A stretch of DNA of 28,214 nucleotides from the NCBI GenBank assembly GCA_964244895.1, contig CAXTKV010000006.1, positions 13,519-41,732 on the forward strand. Reading direction: 5' to 3'. The translations under genes were made by a program, and so were the position numbers. Origin of the DNA: an uncultured Deinococcales bacterium. Its GTDB lineage: Bacteria > Deinococcota > Deinococci > Deinococcales > JAAFIG01. Below are positions 1-8,435 of this stretch, piece after piece (position 1 is the first letter of the stretch; each line of letters opens with the position of its first letter). The notes below the pieces were generated by a model. The model was not told where the DNA came from, ran no database searches, and worked only from the letters and a program-made list of their open reading frames with translations.

Positions 1-56
1 GCAGCGTCGCCTGAAAAAAGCGATTGGTCGGTGTCTCGAGTGAAATTCTTACGCCT

Positions 57-203
57 TCATTTCGTTGGTGAAAACAACTGCCCTTGGATAGGCGTCGCGG
101 CCAGGCCGCCGCCACCGAGCGTGCTCGGACCGGCGAGAACCACACTGGAGGCGACAACCAGAACGGCACCGACAACGACCGAAACGCGCCTGAAATTCTT
201 CAT
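57..203 (-). CDS. Small secreted peptide precursor, 48 aa: MKNFRRVSVVVGAVLVVASSVVLA-GPSTLGGGGLAATPIQGQLFSPTK
   Basis: Translated by hand (below the ORF-track cutoff). ATG at 203 has a strong RBS (AGGAGGAG) just upstream, and TGA is at 57-59. Basic N-region, hydrophobic core and a V-L-A signal peptidase I site. Confidence 0.8.
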   Translation of the reverse strand: MKNFRRVSVVVGAVLVVASSVVLAGPSTLGGGGLAATPIQGQLFSPTK

Positions 204-384
204 CGTTCTCTCCTCCTGATGTCACGACAGACCGTAGGAGTGAGCAACGTTGGGTTCGTAGAGGGAGAACGCCAGAAACGCTTAGGAACGCGTCCAGAAA
301 AGAGTTTTCGTCACGTGGAGGCTCGAATTCTTCCGAGACTCGATCCTTCAAAACGGCCCGATCCGAAAATGCAAACCCGACAGC

Positions 385-430
385 AACACCGTCCGCCACG
401 CAATGTTGCTGTTGCGCGCTGGACGATGCT
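385..430. repeat. REP-like palindromic element copy
   Basis: AACACCGTCCGCCACGC...GCGCGCTGGACGATGCT. Confidence 0.75.
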
Positions 431-633
431 GCCGAGAAGTGATTCAGTTTTGCGTTGGCACAGTTCTTTCATCACGAAGTTCTGTGCAGACCACGTGCGA
501 TGGTTGTCCCGATTTTTTCTGGAACTCTCGTGTCAGCCGCGCCGAGTGAGTTCAAAACCCCTCGAGAGCCGGAGCTTGAACCAAAGATCCGATGCCTGGC
601 CAAAAACGGGCCGCTCAAACCGCTAGCAGTACT

Positions 634-639
634 TATAAT
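634..639 (+). promoter_or_regulatory. Putative -10 box (TATAAT) for the TPR-BTAD regulator
   Basis: Perfect TATAAT about 32 nt before the TTG start, with RBS GGAGG at 662-666. No clear -35 box. Confidence 0.5.
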
Positions 640-671
640 GTTGGTGCCGCGAGGTTTGATCGGAGGCGCCA

Positions 672-2594
672 TTGAATTCGATCCTTGAGAGCGTGCTTGC
701 CGCCCGCTACGACGATGGATGGCGACTCTTCCAGGGTTTACCGAAGCCCACGCCGACGGATGAACGGTGGGCTGGACTTTGCCTGTTCAACCTCCAGCGC
801 CCGCTCGAGGCGCGCGAATTGCTGTTGCAGGCGCGCGGGCATGGTTGTGAAGCATCGGCAATCGAGTTGGCGACCGTATACCGTCATCTCGGTCAGAACG
901 ACACCGCAGGGGCGGTTCTTTTAAGCTTCGATAGCCTGCAAGCTACGGCTTTCGACCGGGCGCTCGCGGCCCGCGAACGAGGCATGATCGAATACGCTGC
1001 CGGTCATCTTCACAACGCGGCGGACGCGTTTGAAACCGCATGGGCTGCGGCCATGGGTGCACCTCAGAGATCATCCCTCGTTTCCGGCATCGCCTTCATG
1101 CTCGGTCGCGTTCTGTCCGAACAGGGTTGCTCGGATCGGGCATTGCACCATCTCGAGACTGCTCTTTCGCATGCCAATCCTGCCCGGCGCATCAGCGTTT
1201 TGGCGGTACGCGCCGAATGCCTGATCTACCTTGGACACTTCGAGGCTGCCAACGACGACCTCGAGCAGGCGCTCAACGGCGTGCTTCAGGTTCCGGCGGC
1301 GCTTCCGGGCTTGAGATACGTAAAAGCGCTCCTGTTTCGAGCGCGCGGCCAGTATCGGGCTGCTGAAGACCTCCTGCGCTCAGCTGTGCTGTCCGCCCAC
1401 AATGCCAACGAGTCGGAAACAGAGCTTTACGCGGAACTCGAGGCGTGCGTCGTGGCTGCCTGTCTCGATCAGATTGCAATGGCACGAGCGCATCTTGCGC
1501 GTGCGAAGATTCTCGCCTCAAACGCAAAATGTCGCGCGTTGGTGGACTGGAGGGAAGGTATGCTCCTCGCTTTCTCGGGTGATCCCAGATCGATCCCGAG
1601 GCTCGAGGGCTCACTCGAGGCATTCGAGAATCTGGCACTCGAGCGGGAGTCCGGCTGGATTCGTCTCACGCTCGCAGAGGCCTGTCTGCGCCTGGGGCGA
1701 GAGGCGCAAGCCGAGGAATGGTTGAACGCCGCTACCGACACTCGCTACGGCCTGGGCGAGGGCGCTGGGCTTTGGCTCGAGTTGCGCTCACTCAGATCGG
1801 TTCTCGAATACCTCGAGAATCTACCGCAGGACGCCTACGCCCGTATTCTCTACGACGACCTCAGCGCGCTGAATGGCAGCGCACCGTTGCCGCTCAAGCT
1901 TCTGACGCTCGGGCAGGTGGGATTGCTCGCCGGTCGCCACAAATTGCGCCTGAACGCCGGTATGGCGGTCAGCGCAGAGGTTCTGTCGTACCTCCTGAAC
2001 CATCCGGGGCGCAGCCTCGAGCGCATCTTGGCCGACATTTTTCCGAACGTACTGCCGGATAAGGCCAAAAATTACTTTCACCTCGTTCGCTATGAATTCA
2101 AGCGCGCTGTTCGGGGCGCATCGATCCCGTTTAATGAAACGACGCGCACGTACACCGTCGACTTGGGCGGGCTGCACCTGGACTGGGATCGCGCGAGCTT
2201 GTTGCGCTCACTCGCTCTCGGCGGCAATACGGGTTTGCGCCGCGCCCTGGCCATCTACAAGGGAGCCTTTCTGCCGCAGTCCGAAAACGAGTGGGCCATC
2301 GCGGAGCGCGCGAGCCTCGAGTGGAGGATCATCAAGCTTGGACTCGAGGTGATCGATCAGCATTTTATCGATGGCGAGTTCTCGATCTGCCTCGAGTTCA
2401 CCGAACGCCTTCTCGAGATCGAACCGTTGAACGAGGCGCTGAGCAGCTATTCGATACGCGCGATGAAAGCGCTCAAGGGCACGCTGGCGGCCCAACGGGA
2501 ACTCGAGCGCCTAGAGAGCCGCTTCATCGACGAGGTTGGCGAGATGCCACCGTCCCTCGAACGCCTAAAGCGCGACCTTCTCACGATCCATTGA
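672..2594 (+). CDS. TPR-repeat transcriptional regulator with C-terminal winged-helix and BTAD (SARP-like) domains
   Basis: 640 aa. About 400 aa of Ala/Leu-rich TPR-like helices, then LTLG...EVLSYLL..HP..SLERI..DIFP...KNYFH (OmpR-like wHTH) and RRALAIYKGAFLP...EW...R...LEIEPLNE (BTAD). No Walker A motif. TTG start with GGAGG RBS. Confidence 0.8.
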   Translation: MNSILESVLAARYDDGWRLFQGLPKPTPTDERWAGLCLFNLQRPLEARELLLQARGHGCEASAIELATVYRHLGQNDTAGAVLLSFDSLQATAFDRALAARERGMIEYAAGHLHNAADAFETAWAAAMGAPQRSSLVSGIAFMLGRVLSEQGCSDRALHHLETALSHANPARRISVLAVRAECLIYLGHFEAANDDLEQALNGVLQVPAALPGLRYVKALLFRARGQYRAAEDLLRSAVLSAHNANESETELYAELEACVVAACLDQIAMARAHLARAKILASNAKCRALVDWREGMLLAFSGDPRSIPRLEGSLEAFENLALERESGWIRLTLAEACLRLGREAQAEEWLNAATDTRYGLGEGAGLWLELRSLRSVLEYLENLPQDAYARILYDDLSALNGSAPLPLKLLTLGQVGLLAGRHKLRLNAGMAVSAEVLSYLLNHPGRSLERILADIFPNVLPDKAKNYFHLVRYEFKRAVRGASIPFNETTRTYTVDLGGLHLDWDRASLLRSLALGGNTGLRRALAIYKGAFLPQSENEWAIAERASLEWRIIKLGLEVIDQHFIDGEFSICLEFTERLLEIEPLNEALSSYSIRAMKALKGTLAAQRELERLESRFIDEVGEMPPSLERLKRDLLTIH

Positions 2595-2897
2595 CGCGCA
2601 ACGCCGTGAGCTGACCAGGTTTTCGTAGATGTTCGCGCTCAAGCCGCCGTTTGAGGAATCTCAAATGGGTCTCTCGGCATTGGCATGGAAGATCACGAAC
2701 GCACCTACAGAATCTCGAACGACTTGACGCCACCGGTTTGCCCCGTGGTGCTCCAATGACCGGATGAACGAAGTGCGCTTTTTGATTTCTGGCTTTTCGT
2801 AACACGGGGCACGAATTATGTGCCATGCTAAAGTTCAGCAGGAAAATGCGGCATTCGTTCGCAGCCCGAATGTGGGCATCGAAACAGAGGAGGAGCG

Positions 2898-4013
2898 ATG
2901 GGCAAAGTGCGTGTTCTCGTCGGAACGAAAAAAGGTGCATTCATCCTGAACTCGGATCACCAGCGTCAGCGCTGGGACGTGAGCGGCCCGCATTTCGGCG
3001 GCTGGGAGGTGTATCACCTCAAGGCTTCGCCCGCCGACCCGAACCGAATTTACGCCGCACCTTCGACCGGTTGGTTCGGGCAGTTGATCCAGCGTTCCGA
3101 CGATGGTGGCGAGAGTTGGAACGCGGTCAGCAACCAGTTTGAATACGCCGGGATTCCCGGCACGCACCAGTGGTACGACGGCACGCCGCACCCGTGGGAA
3201 TTCAAACGCGTCTGGCATCTCGAGCCTTCGTTGACCGACCCGGACACGGTTTACGCGGGCGTGGAAGACGCCGCGCTGTTCCGCTCGACAGATGGCGGAG
3301 CCTCCTGGACTGAACTTTCAGGCTTGCGCGGTCACGGCACCGGCCCGGAATGGGCTCCGGGCGCGGGCGGCATGTGCTTGCACACGATCCTGCTCGACCC
3401 GAGCGACCCGCAGAGGATCTACATCGCGATTTCTGCCGCCGGCGCTTTCCGCACCGATGACGGCGGCCAGACCTGGCTGCCGATCAACCGTGGCTTGCGC
3501 TCGAACCACCTGCCAAATCAGGACGCCGAGGTCGGCCACTGCGTTCACCACATCGCCATGCACCCAGAGCGCCCAGGCGTGCTGTTCATGCAAAAGCACT
3601 GGGATGTCATGCGTTCCGACACTTCGGGTGACGCCTGGACTGAGGTCAGCGGCGACCTGCCCTCCGATTTCGGGTTCGTGATCGACGTTCACGCGCACGA
3701 ACCGGAGACGATTTACGTGATCCCGATCAAGAGCGATTCCGAGCACTACCCGCCGGATGGCAAGCTGCGCGTCTACCGCAGCCGCAAGGGTGGCAACGAC
3801 TGGGAGGCGCTCACCAACGGTTTACCTCAGGCGGATTGCTACGTCAACGTGCTGCGGGACGCGATGTCGGTCGATCGGCACGAGCCGTGCGGCGTGTACT
3901 TCGGTACGACCGGCGGGCAGGTGTACGCCTCGGCTGACGCGGGGGACAACTGGATGCCGATCGTCCGCGACCTTCCGGCGGTCTTGTCGGTGGAAGTGCA
4001 GACCCTTTCGTGA
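2898..4013 (+). CDS. BNR/Asp-box repeat beta-propeller protein (often annotated exo-alpha-sialidase-like)
   Basis: Repeated S/T-x-D-G-G-x-S/T-W motifs ([35 protein letters not shown]). RBS GAGGAGG. No signal peptide. Confidence 0.85.
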   Translation: MGKVRVLVGTKKGAFILNSDHQRQRWDVSGPHFGGWEVYHLKASPADPNRIYAAPSTGWFGQLIQRSDDGGESWNAVSNQFEYAGIPGTHQWYDGTPHPWEFKRVWHLEPSLTDPDTVYAGVEDAALFRSTDGGASWTELSGLRGHGTGPEWAPGAGGMCLHTILLDPSDPQRIYIAISAAGAFRTDDGGQTWLPINRGLRSNHLPNQDAEVGHCVHHIAMHPERPGVLFMQKHWDVMRSDTSGDAWTEVSGDLPSDFGFVIDVHAHEPETIYVIPIKSDSEHYPPDGKLRVYRSRKGGNDWEALTNGLPQADCYVNVLRDAMSVDRHEPCGVYFGTTGGQVYASADAGDNWMPIVRDLPAVLSVEVQTLS

Positions 4014-4306
4014 TCAGGATCGTCCTGCCGTACCACCTGCGGAACCTCGCGCGGGTCGGCAAAGAAGTGCTGCTCGAGGTTCCCGCCCCAGCCACCCAGG
4101 CGTCCGTCCTGGATGCCCTAGAGGCAACCTACCCGATGCTCAAAGGCACCATTCGCGACCACTCCACCCAGGTTCGGCGGCCATTCCTGCGCTTCTTTGC
4201 CTGCGAGGAAGACCTGAGCCACGATCCGCCCGACGCGCCGCTGCCCGATGCGGTCGCGACAGGCAAGGAACCCCTGCTGGTGATCGGAGCCATCGCGGGC
4301 GGCTGA
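4010..4306 (+). CDS. MoaD/ThiS family ubiquitin-like protein
   Basis: 98 aa, beta-grasp pattern, C-terminal AIAGG. GTGA overlap with the upstream gene. Confidence 0.85.
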   Translation: MIRIVLPYHLRNLARVGKEVLLEVPAPATQASVLDALEATYPMLKGTIRDHSTQVRRPFLRFFACEEDLSHDPPDAPLPDAVATGKEPLLVIGAIAGG

Positions 4307-4343
4307 GCGGATCGAGCGCGCGGCAGTCGTGCTAGTGGTAACA

Positions 4344-4388
4344 AATACCGTCCAGGACGAGGTTTTACTGATTGCGTCCTGGACGGCC
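4344..4388. repeat. REP-like palindromic element copy
   Basis: AATACCGTCCAGGACG...GCGTCCTGGACGG. Confidence 0.8.
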
Positions 4389-4416
4389 CACCCAAGGTTG
4401 CGGAGCCAGGCTAAGT

Positions 4417-4525
4417 CACGCGGATCGAAGCGGACTCAGCCACGCGGATTGAAGCGGACTCAGCCACGCGGATTGAAGCGGACTCAGCCACGCGGATTGA
4501 AGCGGACTCAGCCACGCGGATCGAA
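4417..4525. repeat. 24-bp tandem repeat CACGCGGAT(T/C)GAAGCGGACTCAGC, about 4.5 copies
   Basis: Units at 4417, 4441, 4465 and 4489, plus a partial at 4513-4525. Overlaps the stop codon of the permease gene. Confidence 0.95.
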
Positions 4526-5413
4526 ATGCTCGCGCAACCACTCGCCCAGCAGGTTGACCCCGAGCGCGGTCAGCGCGATGGCCGCACCGGGTGCGAGCGC
4601 CATCCACGGGTAGACCGTCAGGTACTGCCTGCCCAGCGAGAGCATGTTGCCCCAGGATGGCACTTCGGGCGGAACGCTCAAACCCAGGAAACCGAGACCC
4701 GCCTCGTAGAAGATCATCGCGCTCGTCTCGAAGGTGGCGAGCGTCACCAGCGCCCCGGCGATGTTCGGCAGGACGTGCCTGAGGATGATTCTTCCGTCCG
4801 GGCAACCGAGCGCCTTTGCCGCTTCCAGGTACGGTTGGCCGCGCAAGCGCAGCACCTCGCCGCGCACCAACCGCGCGAACACGGGCGAGCCGGTCACGCC
4901 GAAGAGCAGCACGACGTTGAGCAGACTCCGCCCCAGCACCGCCGCCACCACGATCACGAGCATCAAATAAGGCACGCTCAAAATCAGGTTGGTCAAAGCG
5001 CTGATCACCGCGTCCGTTCGATCGCCATAATATCCGGCCAGCAGCCCGAGAACCCCGCCGATCAGCGACGCCAGACCGACCCCGCCCAGCCCGACGACGA
5101 GCGAGATCCTTGCGCCGTAGATGACCCTGGAAAGCACGTCTTGCCCGAGCGCGTCCGTACCCAACGGGTGCGCCCGCGCGCCGCCCTCGAGCCAGACCGG
5201 GGGCAATTTGGCGCTGCTTAAATCGCCCGCGTCCGGCGCGCTGGGTGCGATCAACGGCGCGAAGATGGCGGCCAGCACGAGCGCCAGCGCGATCAATCCA
5301 CCCGCGATGCCGCCCGCGTTGCGCCGCAGGAATAGAGTCCGAGACTGTCCGGGACGCGATTCAGGAACACCGTCCGGCACGGTGCTTTTGGACTTCGGGC
5401 TCGAGACGGTCAT
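4508..5413 (-). CDS. dppC: Peptide/nickel ABC transporter permease (DppC/OppC family)
   Basis: HPLGTDALGQDVLSRVIYGARISL, the EAA loop (YLEAAKALG...RHVLPN) and PSWG motifs. Start reassigned to ATG 5413, which gives an ATGA overlap with the upstream permease stop. Confidence 0.88.
   Translation of the reverse strand: MTVSSPKSKSTVPDGVPESRPGQSRTLFLRRNAGGIAGGLIALALVLAAIFAPLIAPSAPDAGDLSSAKLPPVWLEGGARAHPLGTDALGQDVLSRVIYGARISLVVGLGGVGLASLIGGVLGLLAGYYGDRTDAVISALTNLILSVPYLMLVIVVAAVLGRSLLNVVLLFGVTGSPVFARLVRGEVLRLRGQPYLEAAKALGCPDGRIILRHVLPNIAGALVTLATFETSAMIFYEAGLGFLGLSVPPEVPSWGNMLSLGRQYLTVYPWMALAPGAAIALTALGVNLLGEWLREHFDPRG
5342..5388. repeat. REP-like element copy inside the 5' coding region of dppC
   Basis: AGACTGTCCGGGACGC...AACACCGTCCGGCACGGTGCTT. 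Confidence 0.7.
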
Positions 5414-6330
5414 TGCGCGCTCGAGACGCGCGGATCGAGCAAGCCGTAGAGCGCATCGGTGAGAAATTGCACCGCGATGGCGAACAGCGAAACAAAAATC
5501 GTGATCGCCTGAACCAGCGGGAAATCGCTGTCGCGCACCGCGTCGTTCAGCAATCCGCCCAGGCCGGGCCAGGCGAAGACCGTCTCGATGTAAACGCTGC
5601 CGCCCAGAAGGTAGGTGAACTGCACGCCCGCCACAGACACGACCGGAATGATCGCGTTCCGCAACACGTGCCGCCAGGCCACCCGGTTCGGCCCCAGACC
5701 TTTGGCGGTGGCGGTGCGCACGAAGTCTGCGCGGCGCACCTCGAGCGTCGCGGCTCGGGTCAGGCGGAGGAGTTGACCCAGACCCGCGAAACCGAGCGCC
5801 ACGGCGGGCAGCACCAATGAAGCGAACGAATCCCGCCCGAAGCTCGGGAACAACCGCCACTGCACCGCGAACAGCAGGATCAGCAGCATCGCCAGCACGA
5901 ACCCTGGAACGATCTGCCCGGAAAAGGCCAGGGTCTGCGCGAAGGAATCCACGATTGATCCCGGCTTCATGCCCGCCGCCAGCCCGAGCGGCACGGCCAC
6001 CGCGAGCGCGAAGGCGAGCGCCGCGAACGCCAGTTCGAGGGTCGCGGGTAAGCGCTCGAGGATCAACGAGAGGTTCGGCGTCCTCGAGCGCACTGATTCG
6101 CCCAGATCGCCGCGCAGGGCGCGCGAGACGTATTCCATTAATTGTGCGATCACCGGACGATCCAGTCCGAGTTCGGCGCGGAAGGCCGCGCGCTGCTGGT
6201 TGCTGGCCTCCTTGGGGAGCATCAATGAAGCCGGATCACCCGTCAGTCGCACGCTGAAGAACACGATCACGACCGCGCCCAGCACCAACAGCAAAGATTG
6301 GGCGGCCCGCAGACCGAGGTAGCGCGCCAC
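5410..6330 (-). CDS. dppB: Peptide/nickel ABC transporter permease (DppB/OppB family)
   Basis: GDPA...GLDRP...GDLGES, ERLPATLEL, FVRTATAKGL, ETVFAWPGLG and DFPLVQ motifs. Start reassigned to GTG 6330 with a GAGGG RBS. Confidence 0.88.
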   Translation of the reverse strand: MARYLGLRAAQSLLLVLGAVVIVFFSVRLTGDPASLMLPKEASNQQRAAFRAELGLDRPVIAQLMEYVSRALRGDLGESVRSRTPNLSLILERLPATLELAFAALAFALAVAVPLGLAAGMKPGSIVDSFAQTLAFSGQIVPGFVLAMLLILLFAVQWRLFPSFGRDSFASLVLPAVALGFAGLGQLLRLTRAATLEVRRADFVRTATAKGLGPNRVAWRHVLRNAIIPVVSVAGVQFTYLLGGSVYIETVFAWPGLGGLLNDAVRDSDFPLVQAITIFVSLFAIAVQFLTDALYGLLDPRVSSAQ

Positions 6331-6338
6331 GTCAACCC

Positions 6339-6403
6339 TCACAGGAACACCGTTCAGCACGGTGTTCCTGTGATACTCGAGCAATGCGCGCTGGACGGTG
6401 ATT
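6339..6403. repeat. REP-like palindromic element copy
   Basis: TCACAGGAACACCGT-TCAGC-ACGGTGTTCCTGTGA...GCGCGCTGGACGGTG. Confidence 0.8.
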
Positions 6404-6486
6404 CTCGAAAGCCTGAATTGGATTTGCAGGGGCGACGCATGCGCCGCCCCTGCGCGAAAGAACCCGCCATCCTGGAGTTGCAACAA

Positions 6487-8007
6487 TCACTTCAGGCTCA
6501 CGGCCTTGAGGAAATACTCCTCGGCGGCGCGCGGCTTGTAATCCACCACGCGGCTCGAGACGGCCTCGAAGATCACGGGCTGGTAGAGGTAAATGAACGG
6601 CGGATCGTCGTACATGGCTTTCTGAAGTTTGGCGTACATCGCAGCTCGAGCCTTGCGATCCACGGTCGTGCGAATCGCGTTGATCTGCTTGACCAGATCC
6701 GGGTCGCTCCAGCCCGCGTAGAAGTTCTCCGGGATGAGCGCACCGAGCAGGCGCGGCAGGGCCTCGCCGACGGTGCTCGACCAGGAATCGACGTACATCG
6801 GGCCGACCGCGCCGTAATTGGGTTTGCTCCAGAAAGCGTTCGAGGTGCGGAACTCGAGGTTGACATCCACGCCGATCTTGTCCAGGTCTCGCTGCACGCT
6901 CAGGCAGACCTCGTTGATGTTGACGTAAGCGTCCGTCGGGCAGCCCATGCTGATCGAGAAACCCTTCAAGAAGCCCGCGTCCGCCAGGAGTTTCTTGGCG
7001 CGCTCCGGATCGTAGGGGTAGGGTTGCACGCTCTTGTCGAAGCCCAGGTTGCCCTGCACCAGGAAGCCCGAGACCAGGTTGGCCTGACCGTTGAAGATCG
7101 CCTTGACGATGCCCGGACGGTTGACCGCCAGGTTCAGCGCCTGCCGGACGCGCTTGTCCTCCAGGGGCGATCCCTTGCCGTTGCCCATGTTCTTGAAGGC
7201 CACGTAGTACACGCGGTCGTTCGGGTAGTTGATGACGTTGACGGAATTCACGCCCTTCAACGGCGCGATCAGGTCGGGTGTGAGCCTGTTGGCGATGTCG
7301 ATCTCGCCGGTCTTGATGGCGGCGACGCGGGTAGTCGGGTCTGGAATGATGCGGAAGGTCAACTTCTGAACCTTCGGCAGGCCCTTCTCCCAGTAATTCG
7401 GGTTGGCTTCGTACTCGATCCGGTCGCCGGAGGTGCGGCGCACGAACTTGAACGGCCCCGTCCCGACCGGGCTCTGCGCGAACTTATCCAATCCAACTTC
7501 CTTGATGTACTTCGGCGGAACCGCCGCCCAGAAGCCCGCCACGTTGGTCAAGAAGAGCGCGTCCGGTTCGGCCAGCACCAGCTTGACGGTGTACTTGTCC
7601 ATAACCTTGACATCTTTGACGACGCTGTAGGTATCCGCGTAATCGTTGGATTTGTCCTTACCAGTCTCCCAGGTGGCGACCACGCTCTGCGCGTCGAAGT
7701 CCTCGCCGTTGTGGAACTTGACGCCCTGACGCAATGTGAAGGTGTACTCCTTGCCATCCTGGGACACGTCCCATTTTGTGGCCAGAGCCGGTGCGACCTC
7801 GCCGTCGTCGTCCACCCACACCAGGGAGTTGTACAGGGGTGAAGACGCGTTCCCGGCGGTGCGATCCGCCGTGCGCGGCATGAACAAGGACTTCGGGTCG
7901 TTGGCGAGCGCGATCCGCAACTCACCCGTGCGCGTTTGCGCGAGCGCCGCCAGTGAGATACCGACGAGTGCGGTCAGCGTCAGGCTGGCGAGGACTTTCT
8001 TGTTCAT
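6487..8007 (-). CDS. ABC transporter substrate-binding protein, family 5 (DppA/OppA-like)
   Basis: Signal peptide MNKKVLASLTLTALVGISLAALA, then PALATKW...YTFTLRQGVKFHNG, PVGTGPFKF and RVRQALNLAVNR. Start reassigned to ATG 8007 with an AAGGGGGG RBS. Confidence 0.9.
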   Translation of the reverse strand: MNKKVLASLTLTALVGISLAALAQTRTGELRIALANDPKSLFMPRTADRTAGNASSPLYNSLVWVDDDGEVAPALATKWDVSQDGKEYTFTLRQGVKFHNGEDFDAQSVVATWETGKDKSNDYADTYSVVKDVKVMDKYTVKLVLAEPDALFLTNVAGFWAAVPPKYIKEVGLDKFAQSPVGTGPFKFVRRTSGDRIEYEANPNYWEKGLPKVQKLTFRIIPDPTTRVAAIKTGEIDIANRLTPDLIAPLKGVNSVNVINYPNDRVYYVAFKNMGNGKGSPLEDKRVRQALNLAVNRPGIVKAIFNGQANLVSGFLVQGNLGFDKSVQPYPYDPERAKKLLADAGFLKGFSISMGCPTDAYVNINEVCLSVQRDLDKIGVDVNLEFRTSNAFWSKPNYGAVGPMYVDSWSSTVGEALPRLLGALIPENFYAGWSDPDLVKQINAIRTTVDRKARAAMYAKLQKAMYDDPPFIYLYQPVIFEAVSSRVVDYKPRAAEEYFLKAVSLK

Positions 8008-8036
8008 GATGAACCCCCCTTGGGCTGAACATCCAG

Positions 8037-8087
8037 GAATGCCTTCCTGGACACGTATTTCCTCGTGCGTTCCGAGGTGTTCTCGAG
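8037..8087. repeat. REP-like element, degenerate copy
   Basis: GCCTTCCTGGACACG...GCGTTCCGAGGTGTTCTCGAG. Confidence 0.5.
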
Positions 8088-8255
8088 CCCCGACATTCGG
8101 GGTGCGCTCGAGCCTCAACATTCCGGGCGAGTCAGAAGTTGAATGGAACCCACGAGAAATAACAGCCTCGCTTCATGGAACTGTCACGCGCGCGGTCTGC
8201 GGCACGCGTTTGAACTGCCGTCGTTGACCCCGAGCTCAAGGTTCGATGCGCGAAG

Positions 8256-8311
8256 AAGACCGTCTGGCACGCAGATCTTAAGGTTCAAGAAAGTGCGTCC
8301 AGGACGGTCTT
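8256..8311. repeat. REP-like palindromic element copy
   Basis: AAGACCGTCTGGCACGC...GCGTCCAGGACGGTCTT. Confidence 0.85.
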
Positions 8312-8435
8312 TTCAGTGATGCCCGGTGGCCAAAGCGATCCGTTGCATCAAGTAACCGAGAGGGATGCTCCCAACGGACGGTGAATTGCGGTTCTCGCTG
8401 CCTCGCCCTCGAGTGTCGGACTCGAGATTGCTTCG

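Noticed and set aside
41..200. 10-bp repeat TGAAATTCTT at 41-50 and 191-200 around the peptide gene
   Set aside because: Short, one copy lies in coding sequence, and there is no sign of a second peptide gene or a mobile element. The window edge limits the view.
49..688. Track ORFs 49-399, 84-626 and 455-688
   Set aside because: No recognisable motifs or convincing RBS. They overlap a repeat copy, promoter DNA or the better-supported 48-aa ORF.
2787..2832. Possible DdrO/RDRM radiation-response motif upstream of the BNR gene
   Set aside because: TTCTG-N6-CGTAA is one base short of the 17-bp palindrome, and the nearby TTATG variant matches poorly.
4417..4525. CRISPR array (the unit contains GGATTGAAGC, resembling a CRISPR repeat end)
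   Set aside because: Units are directly adjacent with no unique spacers, no cas genes are present, and the unit derives from the dppC 3' end.
6298..7842. 514-aa plus-strand ORF and similar long antisense or alternate-frame ORFs
   Set aside because: Shadow ORFs of well-supported genes in GC-rich DNA, with no recognisable motifs.
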